The notes: a model not told the origin generated them from the sequence alone. DNA of 64,000 nucleotides from Tricharina praecox (GCF_024521635.1 NW_026250439.1:1-64000), one strand, 5' to 3'; shown: positions 45,644-59,858, numbered from the stretch's first letter. Program-made: numbers and translations.

Positions 45644-48600
45644 ATGTCCATCTACCCCCCAGCCTCGCCTCACACACGACAAGCTTCGACCGCTTCGAAT
45701 TCCTCGCTCAGTGGTGTGTCGACGTACTCGTTCCCGTCCTCTCGCTCGGCCACAGTCTCGCCCACCTCATCCTTATCCTCGCGCTTCGGCAAGTTCGAGA
45801 ACCGCTCAGCCAACCTTACCGCCGGTCACAAGCACGCAGCATCTCTCGGGGGCCCGGCGCCGATGCTTTCCAGCTACACCACGAACCTCGCCAACAGCAG
45901 CAGCAGCACCAGCACCAGCGAAGCTCCCTCGCGCCAGCCAACACCCCTCACTCCGCCACGGAATGCCTCGCCGCTCACGCGCCAGCCAACCCACAACCGA
46001 GGCGCCAGCGTCCCGAACTACTCGCCGAATCCTAACGTGTCGCCGACTGCTGCCGCACGGCCAACTCCATCACCGTACAACTCCGCGCATCGCAATTCCG
46101 TGATCGCCGGCACCACTTCGCTGAAGAAGGATGATATCACACACCTACGCAACAGCAGCGTGTCGCATTTCCGCACGCTGTCCCGGCTGACGAATGAAGG
46201 GAATGCTGAGGAGTTCGGCATCGTGGCGGGCGCCAGCGAGAATGTCGCCGGAATGCATGGACGCAAGCGGTTGCAGCGCGCGCAGACAGATAACATGACC
46301 AGCTGGGAGAGGATGACGTGGATGGATAAGCGGAGGCAGTACATTCAGGCATACGAATACCTGTGTCATATCGGAGAAGCAAAAGAGTAGGAGGAATCCC
46401 CGTCGAAAAAATAAGTGGGAGAGCAGGCTTCGGCATAGTACTAACACGGGAATTCGTGCAGATGGATGGAAGATTGCATCGGCGAGCCCATTCCGCCCAT
46501 CGTGGAGTTGGAAGAGGCACTACGAAATGGCGTCGCACTTGCAAAGTTGACGCGAATATTCTCGCCCGAGCTTGTACCACGAATATTCGAGCACCCGAAA
46601 TTACAGTTCAGGCATTCGGACAATATAGATCGGTTCTTCCGGTTCTTGCGCAAAGTCGAGCTACCAGATGTACACACGATCTAGTGGATCACCATACCAC
46701 CCGTCCTGCCTGTCCAATTGAGTTGCGCTAATCTCGAGACTAGATATTCTTCTTCGAGACTACCGATCTGTACAACAAAAAGAACATTCCCAAAGTGATT
46801 TACTGCATCCACGCCCTCTCGTTCCTCCTCTTCCGACTGGGCCTCGCGAGCCACGCGGTCGGCAACCTCGTCGGAAAGCTCGAGTTCACCGAGACGGAAA
46901 TCCAGAACACACAAAAAGGCCTGGACACGGCCGGCGTCAGCTTACCGGCCTTCCGGGGCGTCAACAAGCATTTCGAGGTTGAGCCCGAGCCGGAGCCGGA
47001 GGAGACCGAAGAGGAGCGGATAACGCGGGAGCTTCGCGAAGCGCGGCACGAAACGTTCGAGCTACAATGCCTATGTCGCGGCGCGGCGGTGCGGCTGCGG
47101 TTGGGAGATATGATGGACCGGCTGTGGGATGCCGAAGAGGAGATTTTGGATCTGCAGGCGAGAGTTCGCGGGATGTTTTGTCGACTGTCGTTTCAATACC
47201 GCGCGGATATGTCGAGGTGGGCGACGAATCTTCAGGCCATTTCGAGAGGGTATCTGGCCCGTCAGCGACATATTCAGCAGCTTCGGTATTGTGATAAGAA
47301 CCAGAAGATCTTTGCGAGGTTGCAGGCTAGGATTCGCGCCAACAAGGTGCGCGAGCAGGTGAAGGAGCAACGGACGCAACTGGAGAAACAGCAGAAGGGA
47401 GTGGCAGTGGTGCAGTCGGTAATTCGCGGGCTCCTTGTTAGGCGGCGGCTCGGCGAGCAGGTCGCAGATGCACTCGAGAGTGAGGATCACGTGGTCGGAC
47501 TCCAAGCGCTGGCAAAAGGAATTCTGGCGAGACGGAGGTTCGCGGGTCTCATGGGGGAATTGCGGGACCAGGAGGAGATCTTCACGCGCTTGCAAAGTGC
47601 TGTCCGGGGAAGGCTGGTCCGGAGCCGGATTCACCAGGATACCACCGCCTTGGAGCAGGCACAGGAGGAGTTTGCGGATTTGGCGGCTGCGGCGAGGGGT
47701 GTGCTTGTGCGGCGTGAGGTGCAACGGACCAAAGAGGCGCTGGCGGAACAGGCGGAGGTTATCACATCACGACAAGCTGCTGCGAGGGGTGTGTTGGTAC
47801 GGCGTCAGATGCAACAGACCAAGGAGGCTCTGGAGGAACAGGCTGAGGTGATAACATCGCGACAAGCTGCTGCCCGTGGAGTACTGCTGCGTCGGGAGAT
47901 GGCAAGGACAAAGGAGGCACTCTCGAAGCAGGATGGCGCAATCACTTCTCTTCAGGCTGCAGCCCGGGGTATGCTGGTCCGTAGCAGTATGGATAGTGAC
48001 CAACAGCAGTTGCAGGCGGTCACCGAGGACGAGAATAACACACTTCCGCTCCTCCAGGCGATGATCCGCGGATACCTTCTCCGACAGGTGTTTAACGCGC
48101 AGAACCGGGCACTGGAAGCGGATATGCAACTGTGGATTCAGCTGCAGGCTGCGTCGCGTGGAACGATTGTGCGATGGGATTACAGGTGGAAAATGTTGTG
48201 TCTGGCCGAGGCCGAGGACGACATTGTCGATATCCAAGCATGTGCTCAAGGTTTTCTCGTCCGGAGCGCCTACCACCAAACTCTGGAACAGCTTGACGCC
48301 ACCGTCGGCGGTGTCACTGCGCTTCAGGCTCGCTGCCGTGGTGCGCTGGTTCGTTGGGAAGTCCTGGACACCAATGCTGCGCTGGAAGACGAGGAAGAGA
48401 GCATCGTCGGACTCCAGGCACATGCACGCGGTTTCTTGCATCGGCTCGCACGGGAAGACTTCTTGGCGGAGTTGGAAAGTCATGTTGCCGATATCGTTGA
48501 CGTTCAGGCTGCCGCGCGCGGTGTGCTGATTCGGTGGAGACTCGACGATATCGTCATGGCGGTCCAGGACCAGGAAGAGGCCATCCTCGAACTACAATCA

Positions 48601-51247
48601 GCGGCGCGTGGAACGATCGAGAGGGTCAAGTTCCAGACAAAGCTCAAGCACTACCGCGATAACATGGACAAGGTCATCAAGCTGCAGAGCTTCGTAAGGG
48701 CGAAGCAGCAGGGAGAGGCCTACAAGTCGCTGATGGGCGGCAAGAATCCTCCGGTCGGAACCGTCAAAAACTTTGTGCACCTCCTGAACGATAGCGACTT
48801 TGATTTCGACGAGGAGATTGAGTTCGAAGGCTTGCGCAAGAAGGTGGTGCAGCATGTCCGGGCGAATGAATTGGCCGAGGCGTACGTCGACCAGCTCGAT
48901 GTCAAGATCGCGCTGTTGGTCAAGAACAAGATCACCCTGGACGAGGTCATCAAGCATCAGAAACGGTTCACCGGACATGTCGGCAACCTCCTCAGCAACA
49001 CCGACATTGCAAGCTCGGATCCGTTCGACCTCAAGGCGCTCAACAACAACTCGAGGAAGCGGTTGGAGAAGTATCAACAGATGTTCTACGCGCTGCAGAC
49101 TCAGCCACAGTACCTGTCGAGGTTGTTTAAGCGGATAAGGGAGCAGAATACCGCCGACAAGGAACTGAAGAGGATCGAGAACCTGGTCATGGGCATCTTT
49201 GGATACTCGCAGAAGCGGCGCGAGGAGTTCTACCTTCTCAAGCTGATCGTGCGCAGTGTCAAGGAGGAGATTGACAAGTGTGAGCGACCCGAGGACTTCC
49301 TACGGGCCAATTTCTTCTGGATCAAGCTGGTGGGAAGTTACATCCGCTCGCCGAGAGATCGCAAGTTCTTGCACGAGCTCCTGGGCCCGCTGGTCCGCGA
49401 GGAGTTCATCGACAACGAGGAACTCGATCTCGAGAGCGACCCGCTGCAGATCTACCGCGCGTCGATCAACAACGAGGAGCTCCAAACGGGAATGCGCAGC
49501 GAGCGCAATCCAGATGTCGGACGCGATCAGGCGATCAGAGATCCGGAGACAAGAGAGACGTTCATCGCACATCTACAGGCCCTTCGGACGCTATCGGAGG
49601 ACTTTATGAACGTTCTCGACAACAATGTCGAACGCATGCCGTACGGCATCCGGTACATCGCGCGCAAGGCTATCGAGGCACTGCTGGAGCGCTTCCCCGA
49701 AGAGAATGAGGATGTCATTGTTCAGGTCGTCGAGCACTTTGTCTTCCAGAAGTACTTCAATCCGGCGATCATTGGACCCGACGCTTTCGGCATTGTCAAC
49801 AAGACCTTGACGCCCATACAGAAGAAGAACCTGGGCGCGCTCTCCAAGCTGCTGAATCAGGTCAGTTCCGGACGCCTGTTCGCCAACGAGAACATGTTCC
49901 TGCAGCCGCTCAACGAGTACGTCTCGATCGCGATCGGCCAGTTCAAGGAAGTGTTCAAGGCGATCGTCGACGTCCCCACGGTCGAGGCCAGGTTCGAAAT
50001 GGACGAGTTCGAGGACTTGACCAGCAAGCAGAAGCCGACGCTGTACATGAAGATGTCGGATATCTTTGCGATCCATCGCTTAGTCGCGCAGGAGATCGAT
50101 GCCATCGCCGAGACACGTGAGGACCCCCTGCGCGAGATCATCAATGAGCTCGGCAGCGTGCAGACTTCGGAAAGCGAGTTGAAAACGGTGGGGAACACGG
50201 AGATCTCGCTGCAGTTGGATCCCAGTTTCCACGTCGTCGACGATCCGGAGTCCGAGATTAAGGCGCTGTTCGTCGAGACTAAGCGCTGCATCCTCTACAT
50301 CATCCGCATACAGACCGGCACGAACTTGATGGAGATCTTGGTTAAGCCGATTACCGCGGAGGATGAGGAACGGTGGGATAGTCTGGTTGCCGAGGAGCTG
50401 CAGAATTCGGGCGGGAAGAAGAGGGGTGCTTATGCGGATCACACCATGCTGACTGATATCAACTCGTGGGTACCCTCGCTCATCTCGTGTGACGATAAGC
50501 TGACTTTGGTAGGATGTCGTATGCTCAGTTGAAGCGCACCGCGCTCGAGAACATCATCAACCTCGAGCGCTTCGGCAAGATCACGCGCAAGAACCAGTAC
50601 CAAGACATCCTGAACCAGATCGCGATCGACATCCGCACCAAGCACCGACGGCGCGTGCAGCGGTCGCGCGAGATGGAGGGCATCCACCAGACCCTCGCGC
50701 ACCTGCAGGAGAAGGCGGTGTACCTCGACCAGCAACTCAAGAGTTACAACGACTACATCGAGCAGGCCATGGTAACGCTGCAAACGAAGAAGGGCAAGAA
50801 GAAGACCATCCTGCCGTTCACAAGGCAGTACTTCCACATGCGCGAGCTCGAGCGCTCCGGAAGAGTGCCCAAGTTTGGCAGCTACAAATACTCGGCCCGC
50901 GCGCTCGCTGATAAGGGCGTCCTCGTCAAACTCGACGGTTACCCGGAAAAGCGCTGGGATAAGATCAACTTCACGATCGCAAGCGACGAGATCGGTTCCT
51001 TCTTTGTCGAGGCTAGTAATGGCAGCATGATGATCCCGGGCGCGTCCGCGCAGGTGCTGCTCGATGATTTGTTGCAGGTTTGTTTTTCCTACACCTTTCA
51101 AACGAGAAGCAACCTGGCTAATGAATGATGGAATAATAGATGCAATTTCACAACAACCAGTTCATGATGCTGTGCGAGGGCATGATCAAGTTCAACGTCA
51201 ACTTGTTCCTGCACCTACTGTTTCGAAAGTTCTACCGGGACGAGTAG
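45644..51247 (+). CDS. IQG1: IQGAP cytokinesis scaffold (Iqg1/Rng2/SepG orthologue): CH domain, IQ repeats, RasGAP-related domain, RasGAP_C
   Basis: Exons 45644-46386, 46462-46669, 46744-50465, 50513-51077, 51140-51247, all in phase. AYEYLCHIGEAKEW...LRNGVALAKL...FRHSDNI CH domain; many LQAxxRGxLxR motifs; LDLESDPLQIY; MPYGIRY; YKYSARALADKGVL; FNVNLFLHLLFRKFY. Confidence 0.97.
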
Positions 51248-51610
51248 GGTCGTCGCACGCTGTTGCAGCGGGGTCGGCGGCGGTGGTGAGAAAGAGGGAG
51301 GGGGGGGTGGGGGAGGTAAGAGGGGGGAGGTATCTTTATGGGAGTTTGTTCGTTTTTTGCTTTCCTCTTTTTTGTTGTTTGTGGCTTCATTTACGCGGTT
51401 TTGCGTGCTGTCGGGTCCGGTGGGGCGGGGGTTATCTGGGGGGATTGTTATCGACGAACTACTTTTGCTGGCAGAGGATGGGGAGAGGACGCGGCGTGCG
51501 GCGTGGGCTTGGTGCGTGGGGGCGAATTCTCGACTTTCGGTTGCTTTCTTTTCTTTTCTTTTTTTTCGTGTACATGCTCTGTTCTGCTCTCTTCTCTATA
51601 CCACACCGTG

Positions 51611-51692
51611 CTTGATGCGTTTGTTTATGCTTGATGCTTGATGCGTTTATGTTTGATGCGTTTGTTTATGCTTGATGCTTGGTGCTTGATGC
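51611..51692. repeat. Low-complexity (GCTTGAT / GCGTTTGTTTAT) repeats downstream of IQGAP
   Basis: Directly visible, within a T/G-rich 3' region. Confidence 0.75.
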
Positions 51693-52558
51693 TTTGTGGT
51701 TATGCTTGTTACGTTTATGTTTGTCTTTTCTTTTTCTTTGTGTTGTTTGTGGTTTTTGTGTTGTTTTGTTGTCTGTGATTCTTGTGTTTTGTTTGTTGTT
51801 TTTGCGAGGGGAGTGGTGTGGCGGGACAGGGGGAAGGCGGAGGGGAAGAGGGAGGTGTATATACCACTTTTGCTACGGGAGGATGACAGTACGGGACTTG
51901 GCCCTTTTATTTTCCAATGGATCTAGTGGTCTATTCTATTATCTCGGTGGTTGGTGGTGAGCGGAGATTCGGAGATTCAGAGTGAATGACTACCGTACTT
52001 ACCTAGATGGCCTCTGTGAAGAATTGCGGAAGCGAATGTGGCAACGTTACGGCAGGCAGATGAGATCGAGGCGGGGAATGGCTAGGGGAGGGGAGAAGGC
52101 TGCCAAAACACGCCAATTGGAATGGAAATCGGCGCACAGTGTAACCACCACTCCGGCACTCCAGCACTCCAACAGAGCCTAGCGAAGAGCTGGTTAACGG
52201 TTGGAAGTGCACTCCAGCACCCTTGCTCGCGCAGCCCAACCGTCAGCCGCGTGTTCGCCGCCAACGGCCAGCCATCCCTTATATAATACACACACGGTGG
52301 CGCCTCGCTCGCGGTAGTTGAACCTGACAACTCTAATCCAACGTCCGACTACACAGCCGGACGCTTATTCCCTCCCTACCGTCCTCTCTCGCAACGTCCC
52401 TCAATCTCGGGCTTGGAGTTTCCGTACATCGGTGCCTACCTTACGCGAACCCAATCAGCGATCGTCGACTGGTAAATGCAACATCCCACGCCCCCCTACG
52501 CACCCAATAGCGCAAAAGAGAAAAAAATCGGACACACAAAGGCATGGGTAAAAGGATA

Positions 52559-52645
52559 CTCTCTGTCAGGGAATTGAACCCTGGTCTCCCGCGAACTATC
52601 ATGAGAAATGACAGGCGGAAATACTAACCACTATACTAACAGAGA
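52559..52645 (-). tRNA. tRNA-Asp (GTC) with 15-nt intron
   Basis: Acceptor stem TCTCTGT/ACAGAGA plus G; D-arm with AGTGGTTA; anticodon stem TCCGC/GCGGG with CT-GTC-A; intron 52608-52594 at the canonical 37/38 position; T-arm CAGGG-TTCAATT-CCCTG; TTTT Pol III terminator just downstream. Confidence 0.97.
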
Positions 52646-53618
52646 TTTTGTATGAGTGTTTTACGATAGTTACATCTAGGAATATATTATTTCATTTTGC
52701 TTCACTAGTCAATGGTGAATGATGAAAGTGAGAAACCTCTCTTGAGCCGCAGTCAGCGCTCGGTTGGTGAACTGTTTGGGAGTGTAAGTGAAGTTATTAA
52801 GTTATGCTGCTTTGAAACGTTCATAGGGGACAATGAACATTGCACGGTATTTCAACTTTCAAGAGGTTTTCCGCTTTGGACCCACTTCGATCGACAAGCG
52901 ACTAAATACCTAAGCGGTGACAGAATTTGAAAACCTTTGGCATTTTGGACTGTTTCCCCAAAACTATAGCTTGGCATTTTAGACGTCTGCCGTAAAATTG
53001 AACATCCACGGGGCGCACTTGCCACTGGCTGGAAGGAGGGAGACAAAACCTGTCCGGATACTATCATACCGAGTGATAGATTGTGTCTTCACCGCAGCAA
53101 ACCGTTCCGATTGATCCAATGCTGGAATTAGTTATGGCCACGCTAGTTTCGGACGTTTCCGCCGCGATCGTTCGTTCATTTTCATTTGGTCGTACGATTT
53201 CTTGCTTCTGGTATATGCGGTGGGAGGCGGCGTGGCGGGGGTAGCGGAGCTTTCAGCCATGTCGTAGTTGTGTCCATGCGGCGCCGTTTCACGTGTGAAT
53301 CGTCGTCGGTCCATGGAGTTGTTCTGGAAACCCAATCCTAGCCACATTTGTTATAGTGGGATAATCTTCAGCTGGTACTGTTCGTGTCCCCGCATAGCAA
53401 ACCCCGCTGCGCCACTCAAGCATCGCAAGTCCGTAACACAGGTTTCACTACATCTCCGGAAAATACCGCATCTAGAGGTGCGGGTTTAACTCCGTGGACG
53501 CGAGTACTTCTCTTTTCGGTCTAAATCGTCAGATAAACTCCGAATCTAACGCCTTGGCACGTGCATCTAAGTCTTCTGCGACGCGTCAGAGGTACCGGTA
53601 CCGAGAAACGGCAAGGCT

Positions 53619-53662
53619 GAGCAATTCTGTCGTGAGCAATTCTGTCGTGAGGGAGTCTGTCG
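53619..53662. repeat. Tandem repeat, 15 bp x~3 (GAGCAATTCTGTCGT)
   Basis: Directly visible; later copies diverge. Confidence 0.8.
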
Positions 53663-54473
53663 TGATGATCTCTGCCGTGATGAGCCGTCTTGGATGTGTT
53701 CTATTAGCTATGCGAGTCCAAGGAGGAAAGAAGGATACGGAACCAGTCCTAACCCAGCCCATTCCTCGAATCGAAGCGCTAACCGTTTCAGGACTTTTGT
53801 CCCGTTTGATGTCCATAGCCCGATATAGTAAGTGCCTTTGTGCTCGGGTATCTCAATTCTTGAGTGCCGATATGCATAACACAACCTCCGCCCTGTCAGG
53901 TAGAAGACGCACATCACCGCCTATGTCCGCCAGTGTCCAATCATAATGACAGCCCGGGATAGACATGACTTTTGTGCATCAGAAAAATATTTCATAATCA
54001 CTGGCTCGTAGCCGCGTGTGTACCTGGATGGCCGATACCTTTACTCTCATCAGATCAGCTCCTTTGTGCGGAAATAGAGCTCCAAGCCTAACAAATGAAC
54101 AATTAGATAGATGATCTGATAGAAAATATACAGCCCTGCCTCCGCCTGCAGGCACAGCCTTCGGGCCACGCTACCGCGTCGGGGATATAGCATCCCAACT
54201 CGGCGAGTGCCGTTGGGCTTCGGAGTGATTCGTGTCCGATCGGAAACTGGTTAAGCAACAGGGTTCCGGTTAAGGGTTAAGAGTAACAGCAGAACGCATC
54301 GCCTAGAGATTATCTTCTGTCCCCCTCCAACTCGATCCCAGCTCCAACGTCAACCCCCAAATATATTTTCTGAGTTCTCACGAACCACGTTCTTTGCACA
54401 TACATCTTTTTTTGGGTGGCGTTTGGGAAACGGATACCCACTGCAGTGTGATTGACGCAAGTATATCGAGAAA

Positions 54474-56158
54474 ATGCCGCCCCGGAGGTCGCACACAAAG
54501 TCGCGAACAGGTTGTCAGAGATGCAAGAGCCGCAGAATAAAGGTATGACCCGAGTACGGATACGGCGCTGAACGGGTTAGGCATCAACGATTTTCATACT
54601 GCGTGGATGTACGAGCATAGTTCGATTTGCTAACCCTTGCCTCCAGTGCGATGAGACCCATCCTTCGTGCAACAACTGCATCAATCATGCTATTGTCTGT
54701 GATTTCTCACTGCTTCTCGAAGAGCATCGCGCTACTTCCCAGGAGGTTCAGGCGGCTCCGCGAGTCACTGCTGCACATGTGATGACACCGTCATCGACCG
54801 CGGCTTCATCACCTGCGGAGCTCCCAACGCCTCGTTATTCACCCAGCGTGCCTGATGTCCAACAGTCACGCGCGCTGGAGCTGATGGACTCTATGCCTTC
54901 GCTTATCTTCACGGGAGCATTAGACGATGACGATGGCTGGGGAGAAGCACCTGGGATATCTCCGTGGTATCCCATCACGGTTTTCTGCACGATCGGGCCC
55001 AGCGGCTGCAGTGATAGTGATACTATGGATCCTCTCCTTCTCCACAGTACCGACGGCATGGAGTGGTACAATCCAGGGCTGCCGTCTCCATCCCCGTCAT
55101 CACTGCCTTCACCATCCCATAACGCAACATCGGCGAGCCAACTTTCGATCTCCCGTCCCTTGTATCCAGGAATCGCAACAGTGCAACAGACCAGTCTCAA
55201 TGTGCTCGACCTCTCACTGATGCATCACTGGTCAACCTCCACTAGCTACACAGTCACCAGCCGCGGGGATGTCCAGCAACTATGGCGCATCCACATCCCG
55301 GTGATGGCCTTCCAGCACCCATTCCTGATGCACTCGACCCTCGCCGTCTCCGCACTCCACCTGCACTCCAAAGAATCCGACCCCTCCAAGAACCAACCCC
55401 TCCTCTCCGCCGCCACTCACCACTACGAGCGCGCTGTTCGCAGTCTCGCAGCGAGCCTCACGAACATCACTCCGGATAACTGCCAAGCGATATTCGTCGC
55501 GGCGGGGCAAGTCGCGATCTTCTCCTTCGTAGCCTCGCGCATCAGCGACACCAGCGGGCACAAGCCCTCCCAGATCGCCTCCTGGATCCCTTTGCTCCGC
55601 GGCGTCAAGAGCATCCTGATGCGGTCCTGGGACTGGGTGATAACCAGCCCGCTCGCACCGATCATCACGCAGCACCAAGCCACAGGCATCGACGCGCTTG
55701 ACGCCGAGACCGAGCAGGCGATCCAGAGCCTGTACCGGCTGTGCACGGACCGCACGCTGCCGGACGCAGGCGAGCTGTCGGACCCCACCGTCTCGACCGC
55801 GTACTTCTCCGCGATCGCGGAGCTGCGCCGCGCCTTCACCGAAGTCTCGAGCTGGGACTCCGTCCTCGGCGATATCTTCAAGTGGCACATCTTTGTCGCC
55901 GACCGCTTCGTAGAGCTGCTGAACGCGTGCCGTCCCCGTGCCCTGGTCATCTTTGTGCACTACTGTGCACTGTTCACTCGCTTCGAGAAGTCCTGGTGGG
56001 CCAGGGGCAGCTTCGTCCATGAGCTCAGGAAGTGTGAGAAACATCTCGGCGAGGAGTGGAGGCCGTGGATCACGTGGCCGAGACTCATGATTCTTGCGGG
56101 GAACATGGAGGGTGCAGCGAACATGGAGGGTGCGGGATTGCCGGGGGGAAGGATCTGA
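54474..56158 (+). CDS. Zn(II)2Cys6 transcription factor, Upc2/Ecm22-like (Fungal_trans_2-type C-terminal domain)
   Basis: Exon 54474-54542 MPPRRSHTKSRTGCQRCKSRRIK, intron to 54646, then CDETHPSCNNCINHAIVCDF in frame with ORF 54779..56158 (DLSLMHHWSTSTS, AFQHPFLMHSTLAVSALHL, WIPLLRGV, PRALVIFVHY, WW). Confidence 0.95.
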
Positions 56159-57323
56159 GCTGCTGCTATGTATTGACCGGTTGTGTTTTCTTCCTGTTTG
56201 GGTTTGGGTATCGGGAGTTTTGTGTATTGTACTGTAGTTTGATATCCGAAGCAGTCTAATAGAATAACGTGTTTTATATAGGATACATATCCTAGATTAC
56301 AACAAACCCGAAATTTGAACAGAGTGACGATGTGGCTTGATAATGTTACTTATCGAGTGAGAACTTCCACAGCAACAGCAACATCCACCACCAATACCGA
56401 GTGATGCCATATGCTAATCGCCTGGATGCCCAGATGCGTACTTCTCGAGGCAACAGTGCACGAGCACTGCACAAACACCTCCTTGCTGTATACATACATT
56501 AGGTACATGTATACAAGAGGTTTCTGCGATATGCATCTCTCTTATCGTTATTCAGGCCACTCCCGACGCGACGACATGCCGAAGTCACCGCGTGATCCGC
56601 GCGATTCTGTGCTGTCGTGCACCATGATCTCCACGCCGAACGCCCGTGGTTCATGCATGCAGGGGGTGGTAGGTAGTTGCCCGTCCAGACCGGCACCGAT
56701 AGCCATGCGCGTGTAAACGTACCTATCTACTCCGATACGGCGATACGGGTCACGGGGGCAACGAGTGCACCAGGAAGCGCACAGCACCTCTAGGGACTGG
56801 CCGTGCATGCTGGCGGCGAGACTCAAAGTCGGGCGACTTCTTAAGCAGCAAGATTCAGCCGCGCTTTCCGCGGCTAAAGCCAAGTAACATGCAAGTGCGA
56901 AAAGCAAAGTACGCGACGTTTGCCCACCCTAGCTATATCTATTAGGCGCTTGGATCGGCACTATTCTATGTATGGACATCATCTATTAGATGATGCCATT
57001 TCGTGCATATGCGGGCTTGATTATTCTGCAAGGAATTAGCATTGAGTGCCCGTACCATCTTTGCTCTGGCCTGATCGATCATCGAGCATGGAAGTTTGTG
57101 AGTGATGGGTTTTACAGAGGAACACGCACCGGGCCACTATGTTTAGGGGTAAGATACTGGGGTGGAATTGGTTTTGTATCTGCCATGACCCAAAGTGGGA
57201 CGCATAGGTAGATGAATCATGATCAAACATTAAACAAAAAAGCAAAGTATTTATGTACAGGAAGCCGACACTGCAGCCGAATATTTTTCGTAAAAGGGGG
57301 GTACCAAGACAGAATATGTAGAA

Positions 57324-58585
57324 CTAAACCTGGCCTCCGCCGAAACAAGGACCCAGACCGCCAAATCCATCGTCAGTGACGGTTCCGGGGAGAATCCCCA
57401 CCGATCCAAGTCCGGACGGACATTGCGCGGACGGATCGGTCGACTCCGACGCTGACGCGAGCGTGCAGAACCCCAGGGGCGCGTAGAAGTACCAGCCACT
57501 GCAGCCGGCGGCGGAGTCGTAGCACGCGGAGCAGCACGCGACTACGTCCGCCTGGTCCTTGAGCACGTCCATGCCACCTGCGGCTGTCATTCCGGCTGCG
57601 GTCTGTTGCGCCGGGCAAACGGTGCTGATGGTCGTGCTGGTTTCGGTCTCGGTGACGGTGGTGGTGGATGCGGCATCAGTGACGGTGGCTAGCGGCGTGG
57701 TCGTCGTAAGAACGGTGGTGGTCGCTGTCTGCGTCTCTGTGAGAGCCGCTGTCCCGGGAAAGGCCGTGACAGTCAGCGTTTGTGTCTTTGTTGTGGTGTG
57801 GATGACGTGCTTGACTAGCTGTGAACATGCCGCCGAGATTGCGGCTGGCGCGTAGCTGCTGAGAAAGGCCGGTGGACTGACATTGCGTTTTCGGGCCGCG
57901 GCCGTTACGAGCGGCGTGCCGACGGTGGAGGTGAGCGTGGGGTTCGCAACGGTTTCGGTCACTGTAGTCGTGATTGTTGATACCGGCTCGATGGTGACTT
58001 GCATGCAGTGTTAGCCTTGGGCTTTCCTTACCAGGATGGAGCGATCGAGATTTCACTCACCAGTCAGAGGTGGGTCTGTCACGATAGCCGTAGTCTCGAG
58101 CGTCAGACCGACCACCGAAGTCACTGTGGTAGGACTACACTCCGGTCCATCACCGCATGTGGTCTTGGTGACCGTTTCCGTCACCGTCGGATGTAGGTTA
58201 ATGTAGGCTTTACAGAAAACCCACTGCTTCTTGGCGAATAGAAGGGAGACCAACGTCGGATCATCTACATACCGAAGCGCCTTCCAGTTAGTAACTGTCT
58301 GCTCACAAAACCCGATTCACCGAATGCAGAGTACAGGGCTGCGGCAAACTTACACGCTGAAGAAGAAGAAGCAGAACTTGGCATCGGATTCCGTCTGTCA
58401 ACCGCCGCCGCAGCAGCAGTAGTCAAGGTGGCAGCAGGAGCACGCCACATGTCGATTCCACCGTTCTCGTTGTTGTGCAGCACTTTCGTGACGTAGCCGG
58501 TGTTCTCGTCCATGTCGCGGGCGAACGCAAAGCTGCCGAGTAGCAGCATGATGCAAGCCGAGAGTGCGGATCCGGAGGAGACCAT
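57324..58585 (-). CDS. Secreted Thr-rich protein (~369 aa) with C-terminal Cys-rich PAN/Apple-like domain
   Basis: Signal peptide; exons 58585-58354, 58264-58061, 57997-57324 are in phase (last acceptor is AAG). TVT-rich stalks, RKR processing site, PAFLSSYAPAAISAACS motif, C-terminal CCSACYDSAAGCSGWYF...C...CPSG...GPC. TATA at about 58680. Confidence 0.8.
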
Positions 58586-59858
58586 AGTGTGCGACTGGGC
58601 TGATTATTTCGGGAGGATTGATGCATGGATGGACGGTTTGTGTGTGTGTACGGGATACCTTTGATGGGTTGACAACTCGATATATATACCGCGAGATGGC
58701 AGAGCGAGACTCCGACTGAAGTTTGAACCGACGAGAAAACAATTTCTGCAATGGATAGCGACATGCACTCCGCGAGTCCCACCTTGCATTGAGTCTCCGG
58801 CCCCTCCGGATAATCTATGTCTCGCTACCAGCACGACAGGGATCCATCGCTACGACGATTTTCCGGCGCTGTCCGTAGCCGGTAGCGTAGTATGTAGGAC
58901 GGCCCTTGTCTTCGCTTCGCTGTGTGGGAAGATGGGAGGGACGGGAGTTTCTGTATCGTGCCATGGATGATGAATTCACTGGGGTTCACGTTCTGGGTAC
59001 CTACCATGAGCACTTCGGCTGGGATGAAGTGCAACCGAAGTACGCGCGAACCGCCCGATTGCGAAATCGCGATGGCAGGCGACAATGATATGCACGGAGC
59101 GGAAGAGCAGATTGTCGTTCGACAGGCTCTCCAGATCGTTTAACGCCTATACATAGCCTTCTTCCCTACCTGGATTTTATTCTCGGGTTGCTATAGGGAA
59201 GGCAAAGATGTAAAGTTTTCGTGGCCTAAAGAACCAAAGACCTTATCAGTGGATAATTACCGTACGCGTATCTAGTGGTGCTCCCGAAGGGGAGTCTGGG
59301 AGCATCCCACCAGCGAGACCGCAATACGTCGGCAGTCAGGTTACTGCCGGCACCGAAGCCTCTCCACGTGGGCGTAACATTAGCCAAAATCAAGAAGCGC
59401 AGAAATCGTATCAAGAGTGGAGCCCAGCCCAGGGGAAAATTTCTTGCGAGCAATGAATAGCGTTAAGATACATCCGGTCGGCAAAAAAGTAGTAGCCGTG
59501 TAGTACATATGAACCGGCGCCCGCAAGACTATGGACGGTAATTCAAACTTCAGCCAGCTGAACCGGAGGGTCTACAGATTCTATAGGAACCGTGCGATGC
59601 ACATGCCGAGCGATGTTTCCATGTAGGAGACCGCTCGTCCACTCCCTGACTTGCCCCGGGACTCAGCTGCACGCTGTCGGAAATGGATATACCAGCCATG
59701 CCTGGCTCCAGCCAGCCAAAGCCATACCACGAATCTTGATGTCCTCGCTGAAGCACTCGTGAATTCACTAGAGGCTCCCTCCGAGTCGTATGCCTCCCTC
59801 TCTCTCATCTCTCCTCTCTCTCCTCTCTCTCCCTCCCACCTCTGTGGGTGACCTCAAA

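Noticed and set aside
52850..54030. Fragmentary minus-strand ORFs next to the tRNA
   Set aside because: No recognisable motifs and frequent stops; could not assign to a gene or transposon.
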